Assembly (NCBI RefSeq): GCF_004010195.1 | Contig: NC_057751.1 | Span: 12,820,014-12,882,013, forward strand | Direction of reading: 5' to 3' | DNA: 62,000 nt | Source of the DNA: Chiloscyllium plagiosum | Taxonomy: Eukaryota | Part shown: piece by piece, positions 26,419 to 38,559 of the stretch | How positions within the stretch are numbered: position 1 is the first letter of the stretch | Layout of the letters: each line of letters starts with the position of its first letter | Position numbers and translations under genes: made by a program | The notes under the pieces: model-generated | What the model saw: the letters and a program-made list of their open reading frames with translations, nothing else | What the model was told of the DNA's origin: nothing | The model's database searches: none

Positions 26419-26548
26419 TCTGATGAAGGCTATTGACCAGAAACATTCAGTCTGATTTCCCCCACTGGTACTGCCTGACCTGTTGGGGATTTCTAATGCT
26501 TCCCATTTCCATTTCAGATTTCTAGCATCAGCAATATTTTGCTTTTGT
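26419..26548 (+). mobile_element. Penelope terminal repeat with a hammerhead-like core
   Basis: CTGATGAAGGCTATTGACCAGAAAC followed by CTGCCTGACCTG...TTCAGATTTCTAGCATC. Confidence 0.65.
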
Positions 26549-26757
26549 AAGATACAACCATCTTTGCTTTCAGTCACACTGGAACAACAGCTGGGTCACA
26601 TGAGAGCAACAAAAGGGTGTGCTTCTGTGCAATCATTTCTCACATAATGACCACACAAAACATCACACAAAGTCAAGCTACATCCCAGGATCACATGTGG
26701 AAGGTGGGCTTCGCTGCCTTACTGACATTTACTGCATGTCCCCAGTTGCTGTTGAGA

Positions 26758-27240
26758 TTATAGAACAGTATAACACGGGAGTAGGCCCTTTGGCCCATCA
26801 CATCTGCACCAACCATGATGCTATTCTGATAATCTCATCTGCCTGAACATGCCTGCCCTCTAATCTCTGCCTGTTCCAATATGTATCTAAATCGCTCTTA
26901 AACTTATCTGTCATATCCAGTTCTACCATTTTCTCTGGCAGTGTGGCTCCAGGCACCTACTATCCTCTGTGTAAAAATTTTTCCCCGCACATCTCCTTTA
27001 AACTTTCCCCCTTTCACCTTCAACCTATTTCCACTTGTATTTGACATTTCCACTCTGGGAATGTGACTCCAATTCTCCATTCTATCCACCTCGAAAAATG
27101 CATTACCCAATACTTGTCCGGAGCAAACTCTATTAGCCATTTCCCTGCCCAACTTTCCAACTGATTGATATCGTGTTGCATCCTTTGATAGCCGTCCTCA
27201 CTATCCACAACTCCACCAATTTTCATGTCATTTACAGACT
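26758..27240 (-). mobile_element. CR1 3' fragment, internally deleted
   Basis: Minus ORFs VNDMKIGGVVDSEDGYQRMQHDINQLESWAGKW and KFKGDVRGKIFTQRIVGAW. Confidence 0.9.
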
Positions 27241-27660
27241 TACGAGCTAGACTAAGGTGGCGATGAGCTGCCTTCTTGAACAGGTGTAGTCTTGAGCACA
27301 AGTCTGGGTTGGCACTCCACATTCAGTGCAGAAGAGGAACATTAAGCAGGGGCTTTGTTGACTTTTTAAGGCTGTAATGATCTCAGACCACAGAAAAGAA
27401 CACGACAGAGTTGACTTCAAGGTGTTTTGGACTATCCTGGAGTGTGATAGGTGCAATCTTAGTCTGACATGGAAAAGTTGACTTGAGTTTACATTCTGCA
27501 TTCAATTGTAAAACTAAGGTACAGAATTGGCCTGCAGGTGAAAGCTTAGGACCATGTTTAGCATAAGACTATCCTGCAGTCTTACTGGTACATCAGGACC
27601 ACTTCCATTTGAGGTCTTCCATGGCTTGCTCTTTAGAACTAAGTGAAACCCGGTCTTGTT

Positions 27661-28225
27661 AATGGCCCTATATACGTACTCGCCCAGGACATCCAGCAGT
27701 CTGCTTGAATAAAACATTAGTCCACTGTCAGCATTCATATTTGAGCCTGGACTGGGTTTCTTATACAATTCCCCATGTGTCATGAACAATGTCCTGATTT
27801 TACCATTGCCCATTTCTGCTGCTGCTCCAGCTGAATCCTTGTTCAGACCATCTCATCGTGATGGTTCAACTATTTTGAAGGTTGTGTGAATTCTATCTTG
27901 AATATTCCTTCTCACTTTTGACCATTTGTATATGATTTATTGGATGCAGAGTTTGTGTCTTCAGTCTTCGTTGAGAGTTGGACCAACACCATAGTGAAAA
28001 ATTCATCTTGATTGTTTTGTTTCTGCAGTAATTTAGTCTAATGATAATGGCCCTATATACATACTCGCACAGGACATCCAGCAGTCTGCTTGAATAAAAA
28101 ATAAATCCACTGTCAGCATTCATATTTGAGCCTGGACTGGGTTTCTTACACAATTCCCCATGTGTCATGAACAATGTCTTGATTTTACCATTACTTACTT
28201 CTGCTGTTGCTTCAGCGGAATCCTT
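27661..28225. repeat. Local direct duplication of 180 bp (27661-27840 and 28046-28225)
   Basis: Ungapped alignment at offset 385 with 14 mismatches by my count (about 92% identity). Confidence 0.95.
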
Positions 28226-28599
28226 CAATTCTGCCTTTCTTGCCCCAGTCCTGGATTTGACCCTGACTGGCATTGTGCTGCCTGTCATCTAACTGGTACC
28301 AAGTCCCACTCACCGACCTTCATTGGTTTCCAGACCCGTGAACAAGTTCTCAACATTCCCGGTTTTCAAATCCCTCAGTAATTTCCTTCCCTCCCCTCCC
28401 TACCGTTGTGAACTTTGGCACTCCCCTGGTTGGCATTTCGCCCAAATGATGTTTGTTTTCAGTGTGGTGACACACCTGCAGCACTGAAGGGACTGGACTG
28501 CAGGCTTTCTGGCCTAGAGGTAGGGACACTAGCCAAAGGCCGGGGCTCTGAGGTGGGGGGGATGGCGATAGTTGGAGAGGATTGTTATGGCTTAATGAT

Positions 28600-29110
28600 T
28601 GTGAGAGGGAGGCTATACCTCGGGAGATTGGACAACACAAGCCCTTCAAGAAGGGTTGTGTGATCCGCTCCGGTCATAACAAAATCTTTTACGTAAAAAG
28701 TCGAGTAAGAGAAAACACATCCATGGAGTACACTGAGACTGAGTGGACTCACAGTCATGGAAGGGCTCGCCCGGCCACCAGTGCAACTCTTCAGTAGCAG
28801 TTTTCACTTTCGCTCTGGAGGCGGAAGTTGCTTTGGTTGAAGTGCTGTCCTCTTGTTGTTGAGATTTCAGGGAAGGGATCCGGATCCGGACGGGCAGGAT
28901 GTGTGGAGGCTCCCGGCCACACTGCGGGGGGATCGATGCCAGGTACCTGCTGCTGAAAGTGACCCTGGGGATCTTCGCGACATTTTTCTGGGTAAGTGAG
29001 AAACCAACAGCGTTTTAAAGGAAAACGTGCCTGAGTCACGAAAGTTGCATCTTTCAACAGATCAGCAGCTTCGAATCCAAAAAAACCCTTTTTGTAAGGA
29101 GGACGGTTGT
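28600..29110 (+). promoter_or_regulatory. CpG-enriched promoter/first-exon region of the TSPAN15-like gene
   Basis: Local CpG cluster in a CpG-poor window. IRF/ISRE-like AGTTTTCACTTTC at 28799-28811, ETS GCGGAAGT at 28821-28828, AP-1 TGAGTCA at 29032-29038. Confidence 0.6.
28899..28991 (+). CDS. TSPAN15: Tetraspanin-15-like, coding exon 1 (MCGGSRPHCGGIDARYLLLKVTLGIFATFFW)
   Basis: 93 nt from ATG to TGG followed by a canonical GTAAGT donor, phase 0. YLLLK...FFW resembles the recalled TSPAN15 exon 1 end (YLWLKFSLIIYSTVFW) and joins exon 2 in frame to complete TM1. Confidence 0.85.
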
Positions 29111-29737
29111 TTTATTTTAGTCCAAACCTCAACTTTTACTGCTCAGATTTGGTTTATCTATTTTAAATTTCCATTAAATGGGAAGTTTCTGGCGTTCTCA
29201 AATGGAATTGATTACTATCTGCAGACAATGATTCGAGCTCTTAAAGTTCAATTCTTTTCGGCCCTTTTCAGAAAAGTGGCAATATAAAACTTGGCAGGTT
29301 AGGCAGAGATTTTTTTAAATCAAAACAAATATTTTTTACAATGGTGTTTTATATTTTAAGAATCCGAAATTAATCCCACTCTCCTGCACCCTCCCTATTG
29401 TCCTGTGGTCTGTTACCACATCCTGTACAATAAACTCAACTTTTGCTAAATATTAATCGTAAAGTTTATGATTTAGAGAATGAGATAAAATGCGGGAGCA
29501 CACTGAAAAACTCCACCAATCTGAGTGTGACCAGTATTTCTCACTTTATATTGCACTCTGTCTGATTTATTTTCAAAATTGAGCATTTTTTTTTCAAGTG
29601 TAAAAAGGAAACATGTCCTTAGAATAAATTAAGACCAGTTGGTCTTCTTTACTCTTCGTCCATTGGTAATCAATGAAATTAATCCCACTGTTCCCCTCTC
29701 TCCCACTGTCCTGAATCAAAAATGAATCTCATAGTTG

Positions 29738-30110
29738 TTAGAGAGAAGGTTGAGAGGTGACTTAATAGAGACATACAAGATGATCAGAGGATGAGATAGG
29801 GTGGACAGTGAGAGCCTTTTTCCTTGGATGGTGCTGGCTAGCACAAGGGGACATAGCTTTAAGTTGAGGGGTGATAGATGTAAGACAGATGTCAGAGGTA
29901 GTTTCTTTACTCAGAGTAGTATGGGCGCAGAACACTGTCTGCAACAGGAGTAGACTTGCCAACTTTATGAGCATTTAAATGGTCATTGGATAAACATATG
30001 GATGATAATGGGATAGTGTAGGTTAGATGGGCTACAGATTGTTTTCACATGTCAATGCAACATTGAGGGCCGAAGGACCTGTACTGCTTTATAATGTTCT
30101 ATGTTCTATG
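29738..30110 (+). mobile_element. CR1 3' fragment
   Basis: RRLRGDLIETYKMIRG.DRVDSESLFP; (ATGTTCT)n tail; same subfamily as 54075-54345. Confidence 0.9.
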
Positions 30111-30384
30111 TACCCATCTCTCCCCACTGTTCTGAATCTGAAATCATTCTCACTGTCCCCCTCTCTCCCCACTGTTCTATGTTCTGCTATCACACCCTCT
30201 ATAATAGGATATAAAATTTTCCCAACAATAAATGTTAAACTTACTGGCCTGTAGTTAACATTTTCTTTTGCCTCTGTCTGTTTTTGAATTAGGGTGTTTC
30301 ATTGACAGTTTACAGTCTCTGACTTGAAGAATTCTTGAAAGATTCCTATCAGGCCTTCACTACTTCCTTCCACATTCTTCATCA

Positions 30385-30503
30385 GGAATCATGCCCAAAA
30401 TGTTGATTCTCCTGCTCCTCAGATGCTGCCTGACCTGCTGTGCTTTTCCAGTGCTGCACTTTTCAATGCAGATCTCCAACATCTGCAGTCCTCACTTTCT
30501 CCT
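30385..30503 (+). mobile_element. Penelope terminal repeat fragment inside decayed CR1 pieces
   Basis: ATGCCCAAAATGTTGATTCTCCTGCTCCTCAGATGCTGCCTGACCTGCTGTGCTTTTCCAG matches 14502-14565. Confidence 0.75.
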
Positions 30504-30766
30504 GAGACCCATGTGGTACAGTGTACCAGTAGGCCTTTATGCCTAGTAGTCATCAAAGTACTTTTCCTCCTGTGATTGTTATTTTATTCATTTCCTCAGT
30601 CCACACCACAATATCTTCTACCAAAAAGTATTTATTTAACACTTCTGCCATTTCTTGGTTCCCCATTATTATTTTGCAGCCTCCTTCTCTAAGGGGTCTA
30701 TGTTCATTTTGGTCTCTCTTTTTTTATATACTTAAAGAAGCTCATACTACCAGACACATGACACAG

Positions 30767-31175
30767 GGAAGGTGATGGCCAAGTGGTATTAATTGCTAGA
30801 CGGTTAATCCAGATACCCCAGTAACATTCTGGGGGTCTGGATTTGAACACTGTCAGTGCAGATGATGGATTTTGAATTTTGGAATTCAAATTTTGAATGA
30901 AGCCATTTTTTTCAATTAAAAATTGATTCCAATAACTATCTGAAATTAGGACTCTGATGGTAATCAGGAAACCGTTGTGGACTGGTGGAAAAATCCATCT
31001 GGTGCACTAATGCCTTTTAGGGAAGGAAACTGCCACCCTTATCTGGTCTGGATGACACGTGACTCCAGACCCTTGGCAATGTGGTTGACTCTTAACTGCC
31101 AACTGAGCAATTAGGGATGGGCAATAAATGTTGACCTACCCAGCGATGTCCTCACCCTGTGACCAAGTAAGGAAA
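30767..31175 (+). mobile_element. tRNA-derived SINE family B sharing its 3' tail with the 38560-40195 LINE
   Basis: A-box-like TGGCCAAGTGG head; core CCATCTGGTGCACTAATGCCTTTTAGGGAAGGAAA; tail GCAATTAGGGATGGGCAATAAATG. Confidence 0.8.
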
Positions 31176-31179
31176 ATTA

Positions 31180-31925
31180 AATTTGATACAAAGGAGTGTG
31201 AAATTATTGACTTTGTTTGAAAAATGAGCAGAGAAAATATGAACTAGATGGTGTAATATTTAAAAGGGTGCAAGAATAGAGAGACTAAAGAGTATGTGTA
31301 CATTAATCCATGAGGTTTGTAGGACAAGTTGAGATGGCAGATTCAAAAACATATATTCAAGTTTCCAGAATATGTAAACAGAGAAATAGAGTACAAAAGA
31401 AAGGACGTAATTTTAAATCTTATCAACGACCAACTAGGCATCAAATGAAGTATTGAGTTCAATTTTGACTATCATATTTTAACCAAAGTCTCAAGGCACA
31501 TGAGAAGATAGTGATTTACAAGAATAGTATGAGGGTCGCACATTTTTGGTCATTTGAAGAGATTGGAGATATTGGTGTTGTTATCCTAAGAGCAGAGAAT
31601 TTTAATTGAGGAGCTCAGAATTGTGGATTGTTCTGATGGAATAGAGATTTTCTGAAGCAAAAAAGTTTACTAAGTCCTGAGGGCATAGTTTGAAGGTGAT
31701 ATCCAAAAACTAACATGAGGAAATATGTTTTAAAGCAGAAATTTGGAGTGCACTGAAAGGGGTTGAAAGCAGATTCAATAATACCATTTGAAGGATATAG
31801 GAAGGAAAATAATAAAGATAACTATGGGCAAAAGGGAGAGGAGTGCGATAAATTTTAACCAAATAGCTGGAATTAATTTGATGGGCCAATTAGTCTTCCT
31901 TTGAGCTATAGATTTTATCAATCTC
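31180..31925 (+). mobile_element. Old AT-decayed CR1 3' fragment
   Basis: AAGTATTGAGTTCAATTTTG (YC.QFW-like) and GAGGGCATAGTTTGAAGG; colinear with 21276-22050. Confidence 0.65.
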
Positions 31926-33549
31926 TAATTAGAAAAATCAAGAAAGACTTGCACTTACGCAGAAGCCACACAGTAAACTTCAATGAACAGCAATGTAATA
32001 ATCCGCAGATAATTTCACCCATAAATGTTGGCCAAAACACTGGGGAGAAATTCTCTGCTCTTTGAATAGCAATCAGACCTTATGCGTCCACCTGAGAGGG
32101 CAGAAAGGCTTTGGTTTAATATCTCTTCCAAATGACAGTGTAATAATGCAGTCTTCTGTAGATGTCAGCTGGTTTTATGTTTGAGGACAGAAGCTTCTAC
32201 AGGTCTGCAGATGTGGATTATTTCAACATTTGTAGTACAATCAGACGAGAATCCATGAAGCCTATCTCGACATCAGGGACAGCTCACTTCATATTTTATG
32301 CTGAATGTCAGGCTGAATTTCTCACCAGTTGCCAGTATAAGTGGGGAGGGACAAACAGCATCTAGGAGCACAAACCACAGACATCAGCTGCACCCCATCC
32401 AAATTCACGAACATTTACCAACTCCTTGACAGACAGCACGCATGCCTTTGATTGATTGCAGACTGCTCAGAAAGCACAGACTTACATTGCAGGACACACC
32501 AGCAACTGGCATCGAAAAGCTGCATGGACAAGCTCATGGATTGGACCAGGTTGTGTATCTCAGGGGCACCACTTGCTCTCACTGTGCTCACTCACTTTGC
32601 AGTTACCTGTGTGCTTGCAGCACTCATGCCTTGCTTTTCCATGCCTTGCTGTGCCAGTCAGCATTGTCACACAACCAGGTGAGGTAGGTCATTAATGAGG
32701 CAAATTTGGGACGATATGGTGAGAAAGCTCCTCATTAGGCCTTTCTGGAGGCAAGAATCCCTCCAGAAAGCTCAATGCAATTCACACTGGCCAAAAACAC
32801 ATAAGATTCAGTCTTGGGTTTATGTATTGTGACTGAGAAATTAGTGTTGTAACTGTTAACTGTGATTGATCTATCTTACACATTAACTTTCTGAAACCGT
32901 TCTCACCTGCATTCTTCTCTGTATAAATGCTCGCTAGTCTCCAGAGAGAAAGCCTAAAGATGTAATTAGAAATGTAATTATTCCCGCAGCACTGCTTGCT
33001 GGTTAAAGAGAGAACAGTAAATAGAACAGGATGAACCAGGTGGCAGTCTCTTTCTGTGAAGCTGTCAGGAATAAGCTGGGAAGATGGATAGCTCTGCTTG
33101 TCCATTCGTGCCAGATGCTTACGGAACTGAAGGAGTACTCTGAATAGAATTGTGTGCATGTATATTTATCTGCATTTAGTTGTGTGTGAGTGTGAGTATA
33201 CGTGTGCGCTGGTGCGTGTTCACCTGAAATGCATGAGCGTGTGCTTGTGAGTATGTATTTGTGGGACAGTGGGTCTGTGAATGTTTCTGTTTATGAGTGA
33301 GTCTGTGGAGATATGAAAATCAGTATGCCAGAGAAAGTTCACAGCCATGAAATGTGGCTTTGAAATAAGGCAAATACCGAAGGACTTTGACCTGATACTG
33401 CACGAACAACAGATTTTGTGGTGCTTTGGATGCCACTTTGGACTTGGCATACTGCTGGTGAGACTGTGATTGCATGTGCAGGCAGCCCAGGAACACTGAT
33501 TTGATGCCAATGCTTTCATCGAGTAATGAAACATGCCTGCTCATACTGG

Positions 33550-33848
33550 TTTTTTTCATTTCAAAAATATTCTTTATCCATTAAAAAAAAAGAATGCACA
33601 GTCACTAAAGTAGTTTGGTCCATATAGTAATATATGAAGAACACAAACAAAAGTTGGAATTTGATTCCATCCAACAAACAAGCCAAAGGCACCTCTTATC
33701 TGTACAGAATTATATTTATGCACATTTGAGGTACTGGGAGGATCCAGTAACTGAACAGATCCCCATTTAACTTCAGCAGAAAGACCTCAGACTGTGGTCT
33801 TTCCCCTCTGCACCTTAGTGGCAGCTGCCCCAAGCTTTAGTGCGCGTC
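33550..33848 (-). mobile_element. 5'-truncated Tx1/L1-type LINE 3' end (relative of 1-1434)
   Basis: Reverse complement GCACTAAAGCTTGGGGCAGCTGCCACTAAGGTGCAGAGGGGAAAGACCACAG matches the ALKLGAAAAKARWGKTT end of the 1-1434 ORF; poly-T at 33550. Confidence 0.85.
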
Positions 33849-34357
33849 TGCTAAAACAGGTAAACATGTACTTGATAGCAGGAAGGATACCTCCATTATT
33901 TCTTGCTTAAGGAACCATTAACTATTTTCAGTTAGTTGCTGGTGCATTTCTGTTGGCCTTCAATGTGAATTGCTGGGAGTTCTGCGGTTTCTAGAGTTGT
34001 TTAAAGTTGCTGAAGTCCATAAGGCAAATACCGAAGGACTTTGACCTGATACTGCACGAACAATAAAAACGATTGCAGTAATTTACATCCCCTTTGAATG
34101 ACTGTATGAGGTGTCAGAGAGCAAGATGGACTGTTGGAAGACAATACATTCTGGAAGCAATTCCCTGCACTGAACCTCACTGGGGATCAGGACGTCAGCC
34201 ATCTCTACTTCACCCAGAATGTCTTCACTGAAATGTGCCACTTGGTGCAGCTCCACAGCAGAGTGAGCACAGCATTGCCAGTGACTGGAAAGGTGACTGT
34301 TGCCTCATGTTTGGCTGCTTTCAGACAGGAGCAGATGGTATTTGCAACATTTCCTAG

Positions 34358-34815
34358 TTATAGAGTCAGACAGCATGGAAACAGACCCTTCGGTCCAGCC
34401 AAACCATGCTAAACATGATCCCAAACTAAACTAGTCCCACCTGCCTGCTCCTGGCCCATATCCCTCTAAACATTTCTTAGTCATGTATTTATCTAAATGC
34501 CTTTTAGACATTGTAACTGTACAACATTCATCACTTCCTCTGGAGGTTCATTCCACACATGATCCACTCTGTGTGTAAGAAAATTGCCCCTCATGTCTTT
34601 TTTAAATCTTTCTCCTCTCACCTTAAAAGTATGTTGCCTAGTCTTGAAATCTCCCACCTTAGGGGAAAGACACCTGCCATGCACCTTATCTATACCCCTC
34701 ATGATTTTATAAACATCTACCAGTGAAATATGTCCCAGCCTATCCAGCCTCTTCTTATAATTCAAACTCTATTCTCAGCAACATCCTGGTAAATCTTTTT
34801 TGAACCATCTTCAGC
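34358..34815 (-). mobile_element. CR1 3' fragment
   Basis: ORF VYKIMRGIDKV...FKVRGERFKKDMRGNF...VWNE; tail at 34358. Confidence 0.92.
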
Positions 34816-34818
34816 TTT

Positions 34819-35106
34819 TAGATTAGATTCCCTGCAGTGTGGAAACAGGCCCTTCGGCCCAACAAGTCCACACCGACCCTCTGAAGAGTAATCCAACCCC
34901 CTCTGACTAATGCACCTAACAGCTATGCACAATTTAGCATGGCCAATTCACTTGACCTGCACATCTTTGAAACCAGAGTACCCGGAGGAAACCCACGCAG
35001 GTACGGGGAGAATACGCAAACTCCAACAGACAGTCACCCAAGGCTGGAATCAAACCTGGAATCCTGGCGCTGTGAGGCAGCAGTGCTAACCACTGATCCA
35101 CCGTGC
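34819..35106 (-). mobile_element. HE1-type SINE
   Basis: (AGATT)n tail, V-domain and head in reverse complement. Confidence 0.92.
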
Positions 35107-35594
35107 TTAATAATATCCTTCCCATAACATTAAAGTCATGTAAAGTCACTGAAAGTCCTTATAGCACAGCAACCCTGGGACTCCAATTTTAGCATTCATT
35201 GTAACAAACATCTCCTCCCACTGCCTTTGCACAGTTTGACTGAGGAGTCTATGGCTTGCTGCTGATCTCCTGTTCACAACCTCCTCTGGTTAAGATGTCC
35301 AGAGAAATAACAGAGGACTTTGGATCTCTCTCTCTGACTTGTCGTGCTATCAATCATTCAGTATTCTTTCTCCACACTCACTGCAACATGTTCCAGCACC
35401 TGCTTCACTTTAAGAGCTGCAAACTGGCTCTCAGTTGTGCTAGCATCACACAAACCTGAGGCATACAGGCACTTGGCAGCACAGTTAACACCATCTGCAT
35501 GCAGCTCTCGTATAAATTGCCAAGCAGTTCAATATTTGCACAAAACCTGCATTGGAAAATAGGCACCATTTAATCATGTCCTGCATGGCTTTTG

Positions 35595-35935
35595 GGGACA
35601 TGATGGTAAAGGGAGACTGATGGCCCAGGCCGATACTCTGTAAATACAGGCTCAAATCTTGGCCGGGTAACTAGTGGATTTTCAATAACTAATAAATGTG
35701 CAATATAGGGTAGTCTCAGTAGTGGTAACTGTTATAAAATCTGATCTGATCCACTAACATCCTTCTGGGATGGAAATCTACCATCCTTACCTGATCTAGT
35801 CTACATGTGACTCCAGACCTACAACAATGTGGTTGCCCTTTGACAGGGCCTGCAAGCCATTGTTCAAAATACAGATGGGCAATAGATGCTGTCCTGACCA
35901 GCAACATCCACATCCTATGTAAGAACTGAGAAAAA
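35595..35935 (+). mobile_element. SINE family B
   Basis: CTACATGTGACTCCAGACCTACAACAATGTGGTTG...GATGGGCAATAGATGCTG matches 30767-31175. Confidence 0.75.
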
Positions 35936-36853
35936 TAAGCCTGATCTTGCAGTTCTTCTATGTGTTTGTGTTTTACCTTTCTTTCCATTTGTTTGTGTTT
36001 AAGTTTATTATCAAAGAGTATTCTGTCTGAGAACAACTGAGAGGGATGAATTCAATAGCTTTGGACCTCTTCCCACACCAAATCACACTGAATGGGCATG
36101 ATGGTCAGGTTGGGAATACACAGACACAGTGTTTAGTAAACAGAGCAGAAAGGTTGCTTCCACCTTTCTTCCCGCAGTTTCAACTTCTGAGCTGCAGGCA
36201 AGAGCAGTAGAACTTAATGATACCTTATAAAAAGGTCAGACAAAAGCTTTGCTGTTGGAGCCTGCCAGACGAGTATGCCGTGCCCTCTCAGCGCTCTGTT
36301 AGATACTAAAGCACATGCTGCAGATGCAATTGCAATTTTGAACAGTCAGAAAAAGATAATTGATAGCTGGTGCAGCCATCTTTGTGATCCTTGCAAAGAC
36401 TGCAATGGTTCAAGAAGGCACTTCACTACCACCTTCCACAAGATTATTAGAAATGGCCAATAAATGCTGGCCTAGCCAACGATGTCCACATCCTGTGCAT
36501 GAAAAAGAATGCACCTTAGCCTGCATGTCTGTCAGCCATTGATAGCAATCAGTCATTCCTTAAAAGCACTCACAAACATAACATTTATGAAGAATCAGTG
36601 AGAGCCCTGCACCATTTTTTGCATAAGCTGAGGGTGATGTTACAGTGTCCAATGACCTCATCATTGTAAGGACCTCAATGCTGCTGGCCTTATCTGGGTG
36701 ATGACCAGCTGGAGTCTGGTTCCAACGAGGCTGACAGATCTCTCATCCCAGAAGTCATAAAGGGCAAGACTACTTTACTTGACCAGATCTCAGGCAGCCT
36801 TCATAGCAGCTGCTCTGAAAAATCAGGCCAGTATTGGAAAAAGGAGAGAATAA

Positions 36854-37019
36854 TGAAATAACTCCACAGTGGCAGATATCCTGTCACCAAGTCATTCTTT
36901 ATTTAAACGTGAAAAGTCCTTAATTCTTTATTACTTTCCTATCTATATATCAGCCAGGATTCCCTGATTGGACCAGGGAACAGAGATTCTCAATGGGCTA
37001 GCAGGCAGACCTTGTAACA
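36854..37019 (-). mobile_element. Short solo-LTR-like remnant (Gypsy-type)
   Basis: Minus strand TGTTACA...AATAAAGAATGACTTGGTGACAGGATATCTGCCACTGTGGAGTTATTTCA has TG...CA ends and a polyA signal; no target-site duplication seen. Confidence 0.45.
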
Positions 37020-37065
37020 TTCATTCCAAGCACATTCCAATACAATAATCCCACATGTGGTAGGC

Positions 37066-38230
37066 AAGATCAACATTAGCAAGATCAACATTATTTGAAG
37101 TTAGAGAGTCCATTCATTAGTCTAATAACAGCCGGAAAGAAGCTGTTTTTGAATTTATTGGGGTGCATGTGTTTTAGCTTCTGCATCTTCTGCCTGATGG
37201 AAGACATTGTAGGAGAGTGTTACTGGGGTGCAATGGGTCTTTGGGCAGCCTTTCCGCAGCAATGGGACATGTAAATGGAGTCCATGGATGGACATTGGAC
37301 TTATATGATGATCTGGGCTGTGCACACAACCTTCTGTAGTTTCTTACGGTCCTGAACAGAGCAGTTGCCATACCAGATCGTAATGCACCCGGACAGTATG
37401 CTTTCTTTATTGTACAGTTGTAAAGGTTGCTGAGGGTCCTTATGGACCATGCCAAATTTCTGTGTACTCTGGAGGAAGAAGAGGTGTTGTTGTGCCTTCT
37501 TGACCGTCTCATCCACGTGGCAGTCCGGGACAGGTTGTTGGTTATCGTCACTCCAAGGAACTTGATGCTCTCCACCCTCTCCACCTCAGCTCCGTTGTTG
37601 TAGATGGGGAGGGGGGGGGGGCATGTTCTCCTCCTTCCTTTTGAAGCCAATGATCAATTCTTTAGTTCTGCCAATGTTGCAAGGGAGGTTGTTCTCACTG
37701 CACCATACCACCAAGCTCTTTATCTCCTTTCTGTATTCTGACTCATGGTTGTTTGATATCCGTCTGACCACGTTGGTATCACCAGCACACTTGTAGGTGG
37801 TGTTTATTCAGAATTTGGCGTCACAGTTGGCTGTACAGGGAGTACCAGTTAGGGAATGAAAATGCATCCTTGGGGGGGCTCCAGTGTTGAGTGTTATCAT
37901 GGAGGAGGTGCAGTTGTCTATCTTCACTGATTGCTGTCTCTGGGTCAGAAAGCTGAGGATTCCGTTACAGAGGGTGGAGCTGAGACCTTGGTCTGGGAGT
38001 TTTGAGATCAGTCTGGGGGGGATAATTATGTTGAAGGCAGAGCTATAGTCGATGAGTAGGAGTCCTTAGGTATCCCTGTTGTCCAGATGTTCTAACTTGA
38101 ATGCAGGGCTAGGGAAATAGCATACACTGCAGACCTGTTATTTTGATGTGCAAATTGTAGAAAACCGAGACAGGCTGGGAGACTAGGGTTGATAAGGGCC
38201 ATGACCTGCCTCTTGAAGTGCTTCATGGTT
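37066..38230 (-). mobile_element. Rex1/Babar-type LINE RT and 3' region, decayed
   Basis: Minus ORFs RISNNHESEYRKEI..LVVWCSENNL..N..RTKELII, GAEVERVESIKFLGVTITNNLS, KKAQQHLFFL and ESILSGCITIWYGNCS..DRKKLQKVV; 15-bp tandem repeat at the tail (37066-37093). Confidence 0.88.
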
Positions 38231-38559
38231 ATGGAAGTCAGATCCCACAGCATGAATGTGAATAAGTGTGCACAAATCTGACACTTGCCTGGTGTCGATC
38301 TGTCTAATGACTGATTAATATCCGGAATTCTAATTAATCTAATTAAAAGCAACTTTAATACAGGGTCATCAGAATTAATTGTGGAACACCGTTACTGACT
38401 GTGGAACACCCTTACAGCTTGCCTTGGCTGAGACCAGTTAACTCAGTCCAGGTTATGGATTTCCTCGAGAAGGTTATGTTTACACTCAGGAATTGGTCAA
38501 AGTCACAGCACGTAGTTACCTTCCTGCAGAATACTATTCGCTTGTTTACCATTACAATA

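Noticed and set aside
27514..28288. Two paralogous minus-strand ORFs (99 and 131 aa) as a novel duplicated gene
   Set aside because: Substitutions between copies are mostly non-synonymous, there is no recognisable domain and no clean splice structure; kept only as a DNA duplication.
32310..32790. Possible MITE/Harbinger-type elements with GGCTGAATTT-like ends (also near 12007 and 18945-19380)
   Set aside because: Terminal inverted repeats and TSDs are too degenerate to confirm by eye.
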